21,369 nt of DNA, from positions 10,725 to 32,093 of the forward strand of contig JBHLNZ010000034.1 in the NCBI GenBank assembly GCA_048941015.1, in the 5' to 3' direction. Position 1 is the first letter of the stretch. Each line of letters begins with the position of its first letter. The notes beneath the pieces are model-generated. The model had not been told where the DNA came from and ran no database searches. It saw nothing but the letters and a program-made list of their open reading frames with translations. Positions 1 to 8,669 of this stretch are shown here, piece by piece. Both the position numbers and the translations under genes were made by a program. The stretch is from Promethearchaeota archaeon (GTDB lineage: Archaea; Asgardarchaeota; Lokiarchaeia; Sigyniarchaeales; SOKP01).

Positions 1-117
1 ATTTTGATATTCTTCTTCATTTTTGAATTCCAATTCTAACGTTTTAATATCATTTACTTTATTCTCTGATACAATACTTTTGACTTTTGTAAGCATTGGA
101 AGATATGCATTAGGCAC
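1..117 (-). CDS. flxA: FlxA / AsrB-like FAD/NAD(P)-binding oxidoreductase subunit, N-terminal fragment running off the window's left edge
   Basis: Not in the ORF track; translated by hand. GTG at 117-115 is preceded by GAGGGG (130-125) and overlaps the flxB stop. The open frame MPNAYLPMLTKVKSIVSENKVNDIKTLELEFKNEEEYQN matches the NxYLP...I..E...IKT start of AsrB/FlxA/PyrK-type proteins, at the expected position in hdrCBA-flxDCBA. Confidence 0.8.
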   Translation of the reverse strand, partial: MPNAYLPMLTKVKSIVSENKVNDIKTLELEFKNEEEYQN

Positions 118-1168
118 TTATTTTCCCCTCTTTTTTTTGTTCAATTTTAATAATTTTTTGAAGAATTGTCCTAAGATCATTATTAGCTGGGCATAATTGA
201 ACGCATCGACCGCATCCAACGCACCCTAGCATACCATAATTCTCGGGATAATAACAAAATTTATGTAATATTCTGTTTCTGGTACGTTCAATACAACTTT
301 CTCGTGGATTATGACCGCTCGTGTGTAATGTGTATAAGCAAGATTGGCATGTATCCCAAATTCTTACTCTTCTTCCACGATTCTCATTTGGAACGTTTTC
401 ATCAATTACATCAAAACATGTGCATGTTGGGCACAAAAAAGAGCATGTTCCACATCCAATACAGATTTCACTAATTTCTTTCCATATTGGATGATCAAAG
501 TTAGGATCCAAAATTTTATCTATGTCCTTTAAATCTAAATTTGTAACAATTGATTCTTCTGCCTGTTTTGCTAACTTTTGAGCCTTCTCTAAATCTATTT
601 TTGTTGCATCGGCAAGCCACGAAAGTTTTTTAATTATATCCTTACCCTTATCACTTATTCCCTCAACAAGATATTCTTTTTCTAAATCTACCAAAAAAAT
701 GTCCATATCCTCCTTTTGAAATGGGCTTCCATCTACTGATGTGCAAAAACAGGTGCTCTTAGGGGTATTACAACCAATTCCTATCAAAATTGTATTATCC
801 CTTCGATTTACGATAATATCATCTTTAAAATCGCCCTGAGAGAAAAAATTCGTTAATAAAACAAAACTGTGTGCATCACAAGGTCTTATTCCAAATATTA
901 TGTTACTCTCATTAAAACTTTTAGGTTCCTCAATCTCTATCTCTTTACCATTAATTTTGTACTCAAAAAGAATATCGGTCTCCGGAAATAAGATTTCCTT
1001 TGGTGGGACTTTTGAATTTAAATAATCTAATACTATATCTTCTGGATTCGTTATTTTACTAAAAACAATATTTCTCTTTTCTTTAATTGGTGCATAAAAA
1101 TTATAATCTTTGCTCAATTCATCGTATAACTTTGCAATTTGGTCTTTTTTTAATATCTTTTGTTCCAT
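110..1168 (-). CDS. flxB: FlxB / AsrA-HydB-like 4Fe-4S dicluster protein
   Basis: GIRPCD, CFC, CIGCGTCSFLCPTCTCF, R-x-WDTC, KF.Y...YG..GCVGCGRCVQLCP motifs. SD AGGAGTGA upstream; operon position fits. Confidence 0.85.
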   Translation of the reverse strand: MEQKILKKDQIAKLYDELSKDYNFYAPIKEKRNIVFSKITNPEDIVLDYLNSKVPPKEILFPETDILFEYKINGKEIEIEEPKSFNESNIIFGIRPCDAHSFVLLTNFFSQGDFKDDIIVNRRDNTILIGIGCNTPKSTCFCTSVDGSPFQKEDMDIFLVDLEKEYLVEGISDKGKDIIKKLSWLADATKIDLEKAQKLAKQAEESIVTNLDLKDIDKILDPNFDHPIWKEISEICIGCGTCSFLCPTCTCFDVIDENVPNENRGRRVRIWDTCQSCLYTLHTSGHNPRESCIERTRNRILHKFCYYPENYGMLGCVGCGRCVQLCPANNDLRTILQKIIKIEQKKEGKISA

Positions 1169-1184
1169 TTTTCAAATCACTCCT

Positions 1185-2195
1185 TTAATCTTCCTCCATC
1201 ATAAATTCTTGTTCATCTTCCATATCAAAAGCCATCATTGGGGGTAAAGTTCCTGGATTGAGACCAGATGTAAAATTAAACCTTTCCTTTGCAATTTTTT
1301 CTAATGATCTTGTTATTAAGTTTAAGTCAATTCCCATTGGACAAACACTACTGCAAGCACCACAACCCACGCATCGTCCTGCCATATGCATTGCTCGAAC
1401 TAAATGAAATACAAATATATCATTATATTCTGTTGTTTTGCCAAACCATATAGGTTTGTTTTGATCTACAAAACATAGATTACAATAACACATAGGACAT
1501 GCTTCTCTACATGCATAACATCGAGTACATGTTTCCAAAAGATTTTTAATATATTCCCATTTTTCTTCAGGGGTTTTTGAATCAAATTCAGTAAGATCTG
1601 AGAAATCATCTTCAATAATAGGATTTTCTAAGCATTCTCCAAGGCAGATATCAGCTACGCTTGGAGGTGATTTAACTTTACATGTTTTACATAATTCGTT
1701 CAAATATTCATCAAAAGGAAATTCTTTTTCAAAATCACTCCCTTTTACTATTATTTTATCTCCTGATACTGAGATCTCAAAGATTTCTCTTTCTCCGATT
1801 TCATCCTCTATTTTTTTTCTATTTATGATTCCATTACAAGGAATTCCTATTATTTTAATATTTTCAAGTTCAATTTGATGTTCTACGGATAGATGAATTA
1901 AAGCTCTCCCTACACATCCTTTTGAAACAATACCAACTTTTAATTTTTTTCCTTCTTCATTAAATAGAGTTGGAATTCGAGGTACCAAATAATTAGCTAA
2001 ATTAATATAACATAAATTATTCCAAATTAATTTGTCTACATCCTCAACTTTATCAATTACTATTGGTGACGAATTTAAGGGGACTGTACCTGTCGTGTAT
2101 CCAATAATCACGTCAACTTGTTTCTCTTCAAGTAACTTTCTAGCTAAATCTCTGATCATCTCTTCAATTTCCTTATTTTGACTTTCAATTTCCAT
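1185..2195 (-). CDS. flxC: FlxC / FdhB-FrhB-like 4Fe-4S protein
   Basis: VDVIIGY, CTRCYACREACPMCYC..C, FHLVRAMHMAGRCVGCGACSSVCPMGI motifs. SD GTGGTGA upstream; lies between mvhD/flxD and flxB. Confidence 0.85.
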   Translation of the reverse strand: MEIESQNKEIEEMIRDLARKLLEEKQVDVIIGYTTGTVPLNSSPIVIDKVEDVDKLIWNNLCYINLANYLVPRIPTLFNEEGKKLKVGIVSKGCVGRALIHLSVEHQIELENIKIIGIPCNGIINRKKIEDEIGEREIFEISVSGDKIIVKGSDFEKEFPFDEYLNELCKTCKVKSPPSVADICLGECLENPIIEDDFSDLTEFDSKTPEEKWEYIKNLLETCTRCYACREACPMCYCNLCFVDQNKPIWFGKTTEYNDIFVFHLVRAMHMAGRCVGCGACSSVCPMGIDLNLITRSLEKIAKERFNFTSGLNPGTLPPMMAFDMEDEQEFMMEED

Positions 2196-2200
2196 TTAAT

Positions 2201-2659
2201 TCACCACGAGGTTTTAAATTGGTTATTTGGTCCTAGATTTTTAATATTCTTGGTTACTTTTTTAACTAAATTTGCAAAACGATCCCCTTCAGATGCAGAA
2301 GACCACATAAATGTGACTCTCTCCGGGTGTATTCCAAAAAGTGTTAATAAATCCTTCAAAATTGCAAAGCGTCTTCGTGCAACTAAATTACCACTGATAT
2401 AATGACAATCACCTGGATGACATCCTGAGACGATAACTCCGTCCCATCCTCTTAACAAACTTTTAATAATGAAAAATGGATTTACTCTACCTGAACATGG
2501 AACCCTTACAATTCTTATATTCGAGGGATATTGGATTCGACTCACACCAGCCAAATCAGCTCCGGCATAGGAGCACCAATTACAAAGAAATGCAATTATT
2601 TTTGGTTCCCACTGTTTTTTATTTTCTGATTGTTTTGATTGTAATTCTGCCTTACTCAT
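2201..2659 (-). CDS. mvhD: MvhD/FlxD 2Fe-2S subunit (methyl-viologen-reducing hydrogenase delta family)
   Basis: FLCNWCSYAGADLAG, RVPCSGRV, GCHPGDCHY..GN and W.SASEG motifs. TAATG overlap with the hdrA stop. Confidence 0.95.
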   Translation of the reverse strand: MSKAELQSKQSENKKQWEPKIIAFLCNWCSYAGADLAGVSRIQYPSNIRIVRVPCSGRVNPFFIIKSLLRGWDGVIVSGCHPGDCHYISGNLVARRRFAILKDLLTLFGIHPERVTFMWSSASEGDRFANLVKKVTKNIKNLGPNNQFKTSW

Positions 2660-4680
2660 TAGAGTTCACCCTCCATAATTATTGAAAATATTTGTTCGCC
2701 TGTAAATCCAATAATGTCAATGGCAGAACATCTACAATTACCAGAACATGCACCACATCCTTTACATAATGCTTGGTTAACAGAGGCTACGGTACCAAAG
2801 CTTCTATCTTCAATTAATTCAATAGCTCCATAGGCACAATTTTCAACACACATCCCACATCCTATACATTGGTCTGGACGTACAACTGCAAAAAATGGTT
2901 CTAATTCGACTTCACCTTTAGCCATTAATGTCGCGGCGCTTGATGCCGCTCCTTTTGCCTGAGCAACAGAATCTGGAATATCTTTTGGACCTTGTGCGAC
3001 TCCAGCTATAAAAATTCCTTCAGTTAAAGTATCAACAGGTCTTAGTTTGGGATGGGCTTCCATGAAAAATCCATCTGATGCTCTTTGAACTCTAACTAAT
3101 GAGGCGACTTTATTCGCATCAGCTCTGGCTTCCAATCCACAAGAAAGAATAAGTAAATCGACTTCATACTCTACTGGTTCTTGAAGTAAAGTATCTTCAG
3201 CTCTAATGATAATTTTATGATCCTCACCCTCTCTGACCTCAGCAATTCTGCCTCTAATATAACTAATCCCATAATTTCTTGCAGCGGATTCATAGAACTC
3301 TTCATATCCTCTCCCAAACGCTCTAATATCCATATAAAATACATATACATCTGCTTCAGGATGTTTCTCCTTATATTGTCGTGCTTGTTTAGTCGCATAC
3401 ATACAACAAACTCTTGAACAATATTGATTACCCCCTTCTCTAAAATTTCTACTTCCAACACATTGAAGGAAGGCGATACTATGGGGTTCTTTAAGATCAG
3501 ATGGTCGTGCAGGTTTTCCAACTAAAGGTCCAGTAGAACTTAGTAAACGTTCCATTTGGAGACCTGTAATAACATTTGGATATCTAGCATATCCATATTG
3601 TTTTAATTCGGTTGGATCGTATAAATCCCAACCAGTCGCAATTATTATAGTTCCTACCTTAACTTTGATATATTCTGGTTCATCATCATATCTAATAGCA
3701 TCAGGCTCACAAACAGTTAACCTAGCACAAATTCCACATTTAATACAATTATCCATATCAATTGTGTATTTACCAGGAACAGCTTGAGGGAAAGGAATAT
3801 ATATTGCCTTTCTTGTAGCTAAACCAAGATCAAATTCATTTGCACAAACAATGGGACAGTGTTCTTCACAAATTCCACAACCAGTACAAGCTTCTTGATC
3901 AACATAATGTGGTTTTTTCTTTATTGTAACTTCAAAATTTCCAACATAACCAGTTATTTCTTCAACTTCTGAATAAGTTAATAACTCAATATTTTCATTT
4001 CTTGCCACATCAACCATTCTGGGAGTTAAAATGCAAGCACTACAATCCATTGTAGGAAAGGTTTTATCTAATTGTGCCATATGCCCTCCGATAGTTGGTG
4101 TTTTTTCAACTAAGTAAACTTTATATCCTTCAGTGGCTAAATCTATAGCGGAATTCATTCCTGCGATCCCACCACCTATTATTAAACAAGCCGGTTCGAT
4201 ACTTACAGTTTTTACTTCAAGTGGTTTTAATTCTCTAGCCTTAGCGACTGACATTTTAATGAGATCTTTTGCCGCTTCAAATGCGCCTTCTGGATCTTTC
4301 ATATGAACCCAAGTCGAATGTTCTCTAATATTTGCTTGTTCAAACAAGAACTGATTTAAACCTGCTTCTTTACAAACTAATCTGAATGTTGGTTCATGCA
4401 TTCTAGGAGAACATGCTGCCACGACAACTCTATTTATTAAACCTGCTTTGATATCTTCCTTAATTATATTCTGACCTGTATCTGAACAAAAAAATTTATA
4501 TTCACGCGCAACTGATACATCCGGTAAGGTTTTAGAATATTCTACTAAATCTGGAACTGAAACAACACCACCTATATTTACGCCACAATGGCAAATATAG
4601 ACTCCAACTTGAGGTTTCTCATTACCGGTAACAATTATTTCTTTTCTAACCTCATTTGTTTCTTTTTTGGCTTCTGTCAT
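2659..4680 (-). CDS. hdrA: Heterodisulfide reductase subunit A (FAD, multi 4Fe-4S, electron bifurcating)
   Basis: GVYICHCGVNI, AACSPRMHE, ANIREH, GGGIAG FAD motif, LDKTFPTMDCSACILTP, QCVGSR..YCSRVCC, HPKLRPV, QGPKDIPDSVAQA and ferredoxin motifs. Confidence 0.97.
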   Translation of the reverse strand: MTEAKKETNEVRKEIIVTGNEKPQVGVYICHCGVNIGGVVSVPDLVEYSKTLPDVSVAREYKFFCSDTGQNIIKEDIKAGLINRVVVAACSPRMHEPTFRLVCKEAGLNQFLFEQANIREHSTWVHMKDPEGAFEAAKDLIKMSVAKARELKPLEVKTVSIEPACLIIGGGIAGMNSAIDLATEGYKVYLVEKTPTIGGHMAQLDKTFPTMDCSACILTPRMVDVARNENIELLTYSEVEEITGYVGNFEVTIKKKPHYVDQEACTGCGICEEHCPIVCANEFDLGLATRKAIYIPFPQAVPGKYTIDMDNCIKCGICARLTVCEPDAIRYDDEPEYIKVKVGTIIIATGWDLYDPTELKQYGYARYPNVITGLQMERLLSSTGPLVGKPARPSDLKEPHSIAFLQCVGSRNFREGGNQYCSRVCCMYATKQARQYKEKHPEADVYVFYMDIRAFGRGYEEFYESAARNYGISYIRGRIAEVREGEDHKIIIRAEDTLLQEPVEYEVDLLILSCGLEARADANKVASLVRVQRASDGFFMEAHPKLRPVDTLTEGIFIAGVAQGPKDIPDSVAQAKGAASSAATLMAKGEVELEPFFAVVRPDQCIGCGMCVENCAYGAIELIEDRSFGTVASVNQALCKGCGACSGNCRCSAIDIIGFTGEQIFSIIMEGEL

Positions 4681-4683
4681 ATG

Positions 4684-5643
4684 CTATACTTCCTCAAACA
4701 ATTGTTCCTTTATATAATTTAAAAAGGGTTCTACTGGAATAAATGGTGAAACTCCAGTTAACTCGTGATTTTTAATCAATCCTAAGCGATTAGGATCAAT
4801 ACCAAATGATAAACCAAGTAATTGAGTGATATAAATAACAGGAATATTAAATGGTTCTCCAATCATATCTTTATAGATGTTATTTGCTTCCATTTGACCT
4901 AGATCTAGTTGTAAATGACAAAATGGACAGCAATCGACAATTATATCAGCACCAGCATCTCTAATATTGGTAAGTTTTTCTCTTGAAAAATCTGCTGATA
5001 CTTCTTTAACTGCTGTTCTGACTGCACCTCCTGCTCCACAACACATAAATTTATCTTGATAATCAATACTCTTTGCTCCAGTTAATTCAACAATTTCATC
5101 AAGAAAAGTTGGACATTCATATTCTCCACCCCAAGGCCTCTTATCGCTTGGTTTAACTATATGACATCCATAATGGACTGCAACTTTAAGATCTTTGAAT
5201 TTATGTTTTACAAAACCCCGCAGATATTCAATTCCCATATCTTGATAAAAAACCTGAACTATATGTTTTGGTTCGATACTTCCTTTAAATTGTCTTCCTA
5301 CTTTCGCAAGGTGTTCATTTACCATTTTCTTTAATTCCGGTTCATGCAGCAATTCATACCAAGCATCTCTTAATGTACCATAACAACCATTACACCCTGT
5401 AATTACATCTACTCCTAACTCTTCGGCAATGGTTAAATTTCTAGCTGCAATTACTAGCCAAGTTGGAATATGAAATGCTCTAAAAACTCCTGGAGCGGGA
5501 CAACATGAAGCTCCTTCTAATTCTAAAATTTCTGCTCCTAAATGTTCGAATACTGCACGAATAGACACTTCAATCTGAGGATATCTATTAGGAGCGACAC
5601 AACCAAGAAAAAAGCCATATCTAAACTTCTTTTCATCAACCAT
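4684..5643 (-). CDS. hdrB: Heterodisulfide reductase subunit B (two CCG domains)
   Basis: FLGC...SCCPAPG...CNGC and HYGCH...CCGAGG...CPFCHLQLD.GQ CCG motifs; IPVIYITQLLGL. Confidence 0.96.
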   Translation of the reverse strand: MVDEKKFRYGFFLGCVAPNRYPQIEVSIRAVFEHLGAEILELEGASCCPAPGVFRAFHIPTWLVIAARNLTIAEELGVDVITGCNGCYGTLRDAWYELLHEPELKKMVNEHLAKVGRQFKGSIEPKHIVQVFYQDMGIEYLRGFVKHKFKDLKVAVHYGCHIVKPSDKRPWGGEYECPTFLDEIVELTGAKSIDYQDKFMCCGAGGAVRTAVKEVSADFSREKLTNIRDAGADIIVDCCPFCHLQLDLGQMEANNIYKDMIGEPFNIPVIYITQLLGLSFGIDPNRLGLIKNHELTGVSPFIPVEPFLNYIKEQLFEEV

Positions 5644-5673
5644 TTTTATCTTCCTACCAATTCTCCTTTCTAT

Positions 5674-6264
5674 TTAGCTTTTCGGCTTCTTTTTTTCTTT
5701 TTCTTTCATTTTTTCTATGTTATCCATTAATTTTCTAAAACCTATTGATTTCATTAATTCTTGACATTCCTTAACTGCTTCAGGATGAGTATGAACTGTA
5801 GGAGGTAATGGTGGTAAACCGACAGATTCTCTTAAATCTCTCCACTTTTTGTTATCCTCGCCAGTAGCGGGAACTCCATGCCCAGTTTCATAAAATATTT
5901 TGTTAGCCAATACAAAATGTGAATCTAAAATATGACCTTCCTCAACAGCAATATTTCTTAATTTGATAATCATATCCGTTACTGGAATATCGCGAGGACA
6001 TCTTTCATAGCAATAATAACATGTACTACAGAGCCATATATCTATATCCTGCAAAACAGATTCATCCCCAGTTAATGCTCGACGAATCGCTGATCGTGTA
6101 CGATATGCAGTTCTTCTTCCTGAAGGACAACTTCCAGTACATGTCCCACAATTAATACATGCTCTAATTTTTTCTAATCCAGCATCAACAAACTTTTGAG
6201 CAATTCTGGAACTAGTAGATTTATAAACTTTTCGTTTAATATATTTTTCTACATTCTCGCTCAT
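5674..6264 (-). CDS. hdrC: Heterodisulfide reductase subunit C (2x 4Fe-4S)
   Basis: CINCGTCTGSCPSGRRT and IWLCSTCYYCYERCPR motifs. ATG at 6264 (MSENVEK) preferred over the track's TTG at 6279. Confidence 0.95.
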   Translation of the reverse strand: MSENVEKYIKRKVYKSTSSRIAQKFVDAGLEKIRACINCGTCTGSCPSGRRTAYRTRSAIRRALTGDESVLQDIDIWLCSTCYYCYERCPRDIPVTDMIIKLRNIAVEEGHILDSHFVLANKIFYETGHGVPATGEDNKKWRDLRESVGLPPLPPTVHTHPEAVKECQELMKSIGFRKLMDNIEKMKEKEKKKPKS

Positions 6265-6279
6265 GGTTATTTCAAACAA

Positions 6280-6365
6280 GTTTAAAATTATAATCTTATG
6301 AAGTGAAAAGTACTTTACATTAAAAAATTTGTTATTGTTAGTTAATAACCGTCTTAGACGTTTAG
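6280..6365 (-). promoter_or_regulatory. Putative hdr-flx operon promoter/operator region
   Basis: TTATAA (6288-6293) lies 24-29 nt upstream of the hdrC ATG. Inverted repeats GTTATT-n7-AATAAC (6331-6349) and CGTCT-T-AGACG (6350-6360). The AT-rich background weakens the call. Confidence 0.35.
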
Positions 6366-6537
6366 GTTAAATATTATATTTTTTAGATTTATAAAGCTAC
6401 TTTATCAATGTTTAAGGTAATTTTAAAGATTAAGATTCAAATTATTAATTTTTAAGCATGAAATCGAAGCACTAATTTAAGTTAAAACTTGCCTTCTATA
6501 AGTTCGAGATTTTAGTAAAAACATTTATAAATTCGTT

Positions 6538-6906
6538 TTGAATATGATATTTGGAATCCGAATTAATTTAGCGTGGAAGTTAAAATTGAGTGAAAATTCT
6601 AAAATTACTAACAAAAACATTGAAAATAAGAAAAAGAAATTCGAAGCTTTAACTTCAGATAAAATTAAACAAATTCTAGAGTTGAAAAAAGGATTTGAAA
6701 CGATAGATAAACAAGAAAGGAATAAGGACAAAATAATTGAAATATTAAGGGAAGAAATTACCTTAATTGGTCACATGAATCAAAAAGTTATAGAAGAAAA
6801 AGATAGAATTATTCATGAACTTAAAGCTCTTATAAAAGATAAGAATGAGAAAATTGAACAGTTAACAAAATTATTAAAAAGAGAGACAAATCTTCCTTTT
6901 GTTTAA
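6538..6906 (+). CDS. Hypothetical coiled-coil protein
   Basis: K/E-rich ORF with heptad pattern (I..L.EEI..I...NQ..IEEKDRIIHELKALIKDKNEKIEQLTKLL). True start may be TTG at 6586, after GTGGAAG. Confidence 0.65.
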   Translation: MNMIFGIRINLAWKLKLSENSKITNKNIENKKKKFEALTSDKIKQILELKKGFETIDKQERNKDKIIEILREEITLIGHMNQKVIEEKDRIIHELKALIKDKNEKIEQLTKLLKRETNLPFV

Positions 6907-6921
6907 ACAACTCATCAATAA

Positions 6922-7143
6922 TTAGGATTTGTTTTCTGCTAGTTCTTCTAAATATTTTATTTGTTTCTCTTCTGACAAAAATGCTAATTCTTTTTTAATT
7001 TTTTCCAAGTCTTTTTCAGAAAAATCTAACTTTAAGAGCTTCTCCCTTACTTCCTTAGAGAGAACATTAAAAATTCGAGCAAAATATTTTTTAACAATTT
7101 CTACTTTCTCAAAATCATTATTATCATCTATTATAAAAACCAC
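6922..7143 (-). CDS. Small hypothetical helical protein (73 aa)
   Basis: GTG start and K/E/L-rich amphipathic helices, convergent with 6538..6906. An in-frame TAA seven codons upstream rules out a longer N-terminus. Confidence 0.6.
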   Translation of the reverse strand: MVFIIDDNNDFEKVEIVKKYFARIFNVLSKEVREKLLKLDFSEKDLEKIKKELAFLSEEKQIKYLEELAENKS

Positions 7144-7557
7144 CGATTCTTTTTCAGAAAATTATATAGTATTATAATTTTATTTTCATCTTATTGTTTA
7201 AATAATACAATGAAGCTCATCTTCTTAAGAAATTCGGAGTCCAATTTTTAAAAGATTTCTCTATAAAAATTGAATAATTTAATTAATTTATGAAGTCTAA
7301 GAGACAAAATGTTTTTGTCGGAATGAATTCGATAAAAATTATCTTCTTTTAATAAAAGTAAGTTATAAATATCGACATAATCCTAAAATCCGTCAAAGTC
7401 ATAACTAGAATAAAATTAATCATCTTAAAATGAGATTTTCCTTTTTTTCAAATTACTAAATTGAAAATCCGTTTATTTATATATAGGTTCTAAGATTACT
7501 ATGTTAGCTCATTAACATTTAGTTATTGACAAAGGGTTCTGGTATTAGAGGAGACGT

Positions 7558-7812
7558 ATGGGTCTTAATTTTGATGATTATAAGGAAATAAAGAAAGAGT
7601 TCAAGCATAAACTTAGGTGGTTTGAAGAAGAATTCGATTTAATCTTCCAAGGTAAAACACATAATTATTCTAGAGAGGATACTAAACTCGCTAATAAATT
7701 ATTAGACAAACTATCGGAAACCATCAATGAATATAAGGATGAAAAACTTCTCTATCATTTAGTTTCTACCTTAAACAATATTGAAAGAAAGCATCCTGAA
7801 TTCTTTCCATAA
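7558..7812 (+). CDS. Small hypothetical helical protein (84 aa)
   Basis: ATG with clear AGAGGAG SD; upstream TTTATATATA box near 7476-7486; protein-like composition. Confidence 0.75.
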   Translation: MGLNFDDYKEIKKEFKHKLRWFEEEFDLIFQGKTHNYSREDTKLANKLLDKLSETINEYKDEKLLYHLVSTLNNIERKHPEFFP

Positions 7813-7869
7813 GGAATATTATTTAAAATTGACGATATAACTTATTTATATAGAATTTAATTTATTTTT

Positions 7870-8262
7870 TTAAAAAAAGGGTCCAAATTTTTCATAAACT
7901 CGTATTAAATTCTCACGATAAAATTTAAACTTCTCTTCTTGGGGATTTAAAATAACTGCCTTTTCAATTGTTTCTTCTGCGAGTTTCTTGTGTCCTTTAT
8001 CTAAATAGGTTATAGTTAATAAGCCCCAAGCTTCTAATAAAGCATTATTTAATTCAACTGCAGCAGTGAAATATTTTAAAGACTCATCTAACCTTCCAAC
8101 ACGCCGCTTAGCGATACCCAGTAGAAGCCAAGCTTGATCATTAGAAGGATCTTGATCTATCAGCTTAGTAAGATATTTAATAGCTTTAGTATTTTTTCCC
8201 TTGAGCAACAATTCATTAGCAGGGATAAGTGTACTTTCCAATTCTGAAATCTCTAACTGCAT
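7870..8262 (-). CDS. Tetratricopeptide repeat (TPR) protein
   Basis: About three TPR units: A..YL.K.I..DP.N..AW.LLG.....G...E....F..A.ELN....EAW..L...Y...G....A......A..LNP. Confidence 0.85.
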   Translation of the reverse strand: MQLEISELESTLIPANELLLKGKNTKAIKYLTKLIDQDPSNDQAWLLLGIAKRRVGRLDESLKYFTAAVELNNALLEAWGLLTITYLDKGHKKLAEETIEKAVILNPQEEKFKFYRENLIRVYEKFGPFF

Positions 8263-8669
8263 AAGAATCGATAATAATCTCTCTTTATATACTAGTTATC
8301 ACATTACCCTTATATATTTTTAATTTTTTCAAAAATTATTTAAGAATATTGAAAATAATTTGAAAATCTTAAATTTATTTACAACTATAGCTAATTATTA
8401 AAATATTGTTAGATAATTGCTAATTTTAGGCTTTTCCTTTTTTTCCTGTTATATTTGAGAAATTATAATTGCTAATCAGAGGCTCCTTAAGAATTAAATA
8501 TTGCTTTAACAGTAGTGTCAAGTTTCACGAAAAAGTGCTTTAAACAATAAATTTTAAATATTTAAAAACAGATATCTTAACTAACTCTTATACCATAACT
8601 ATAGCATAATTTTTTCTTTATATATTAGAAATATATTCCTATAAAAATAATTAGGAAAGAAGGATAAGG

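Noticed and set aside
2201-4680. Selenocysteine recoding in HdrA/MvhD, which are selenoproteins in some archaea
   Set aside because: Both frames are open with Cys at the relevant motifs (DCSAC; CNWC, GCHPGDC). The TGA ending mvhD follows a complete domain and is part of the next gene's GGTGA SD.
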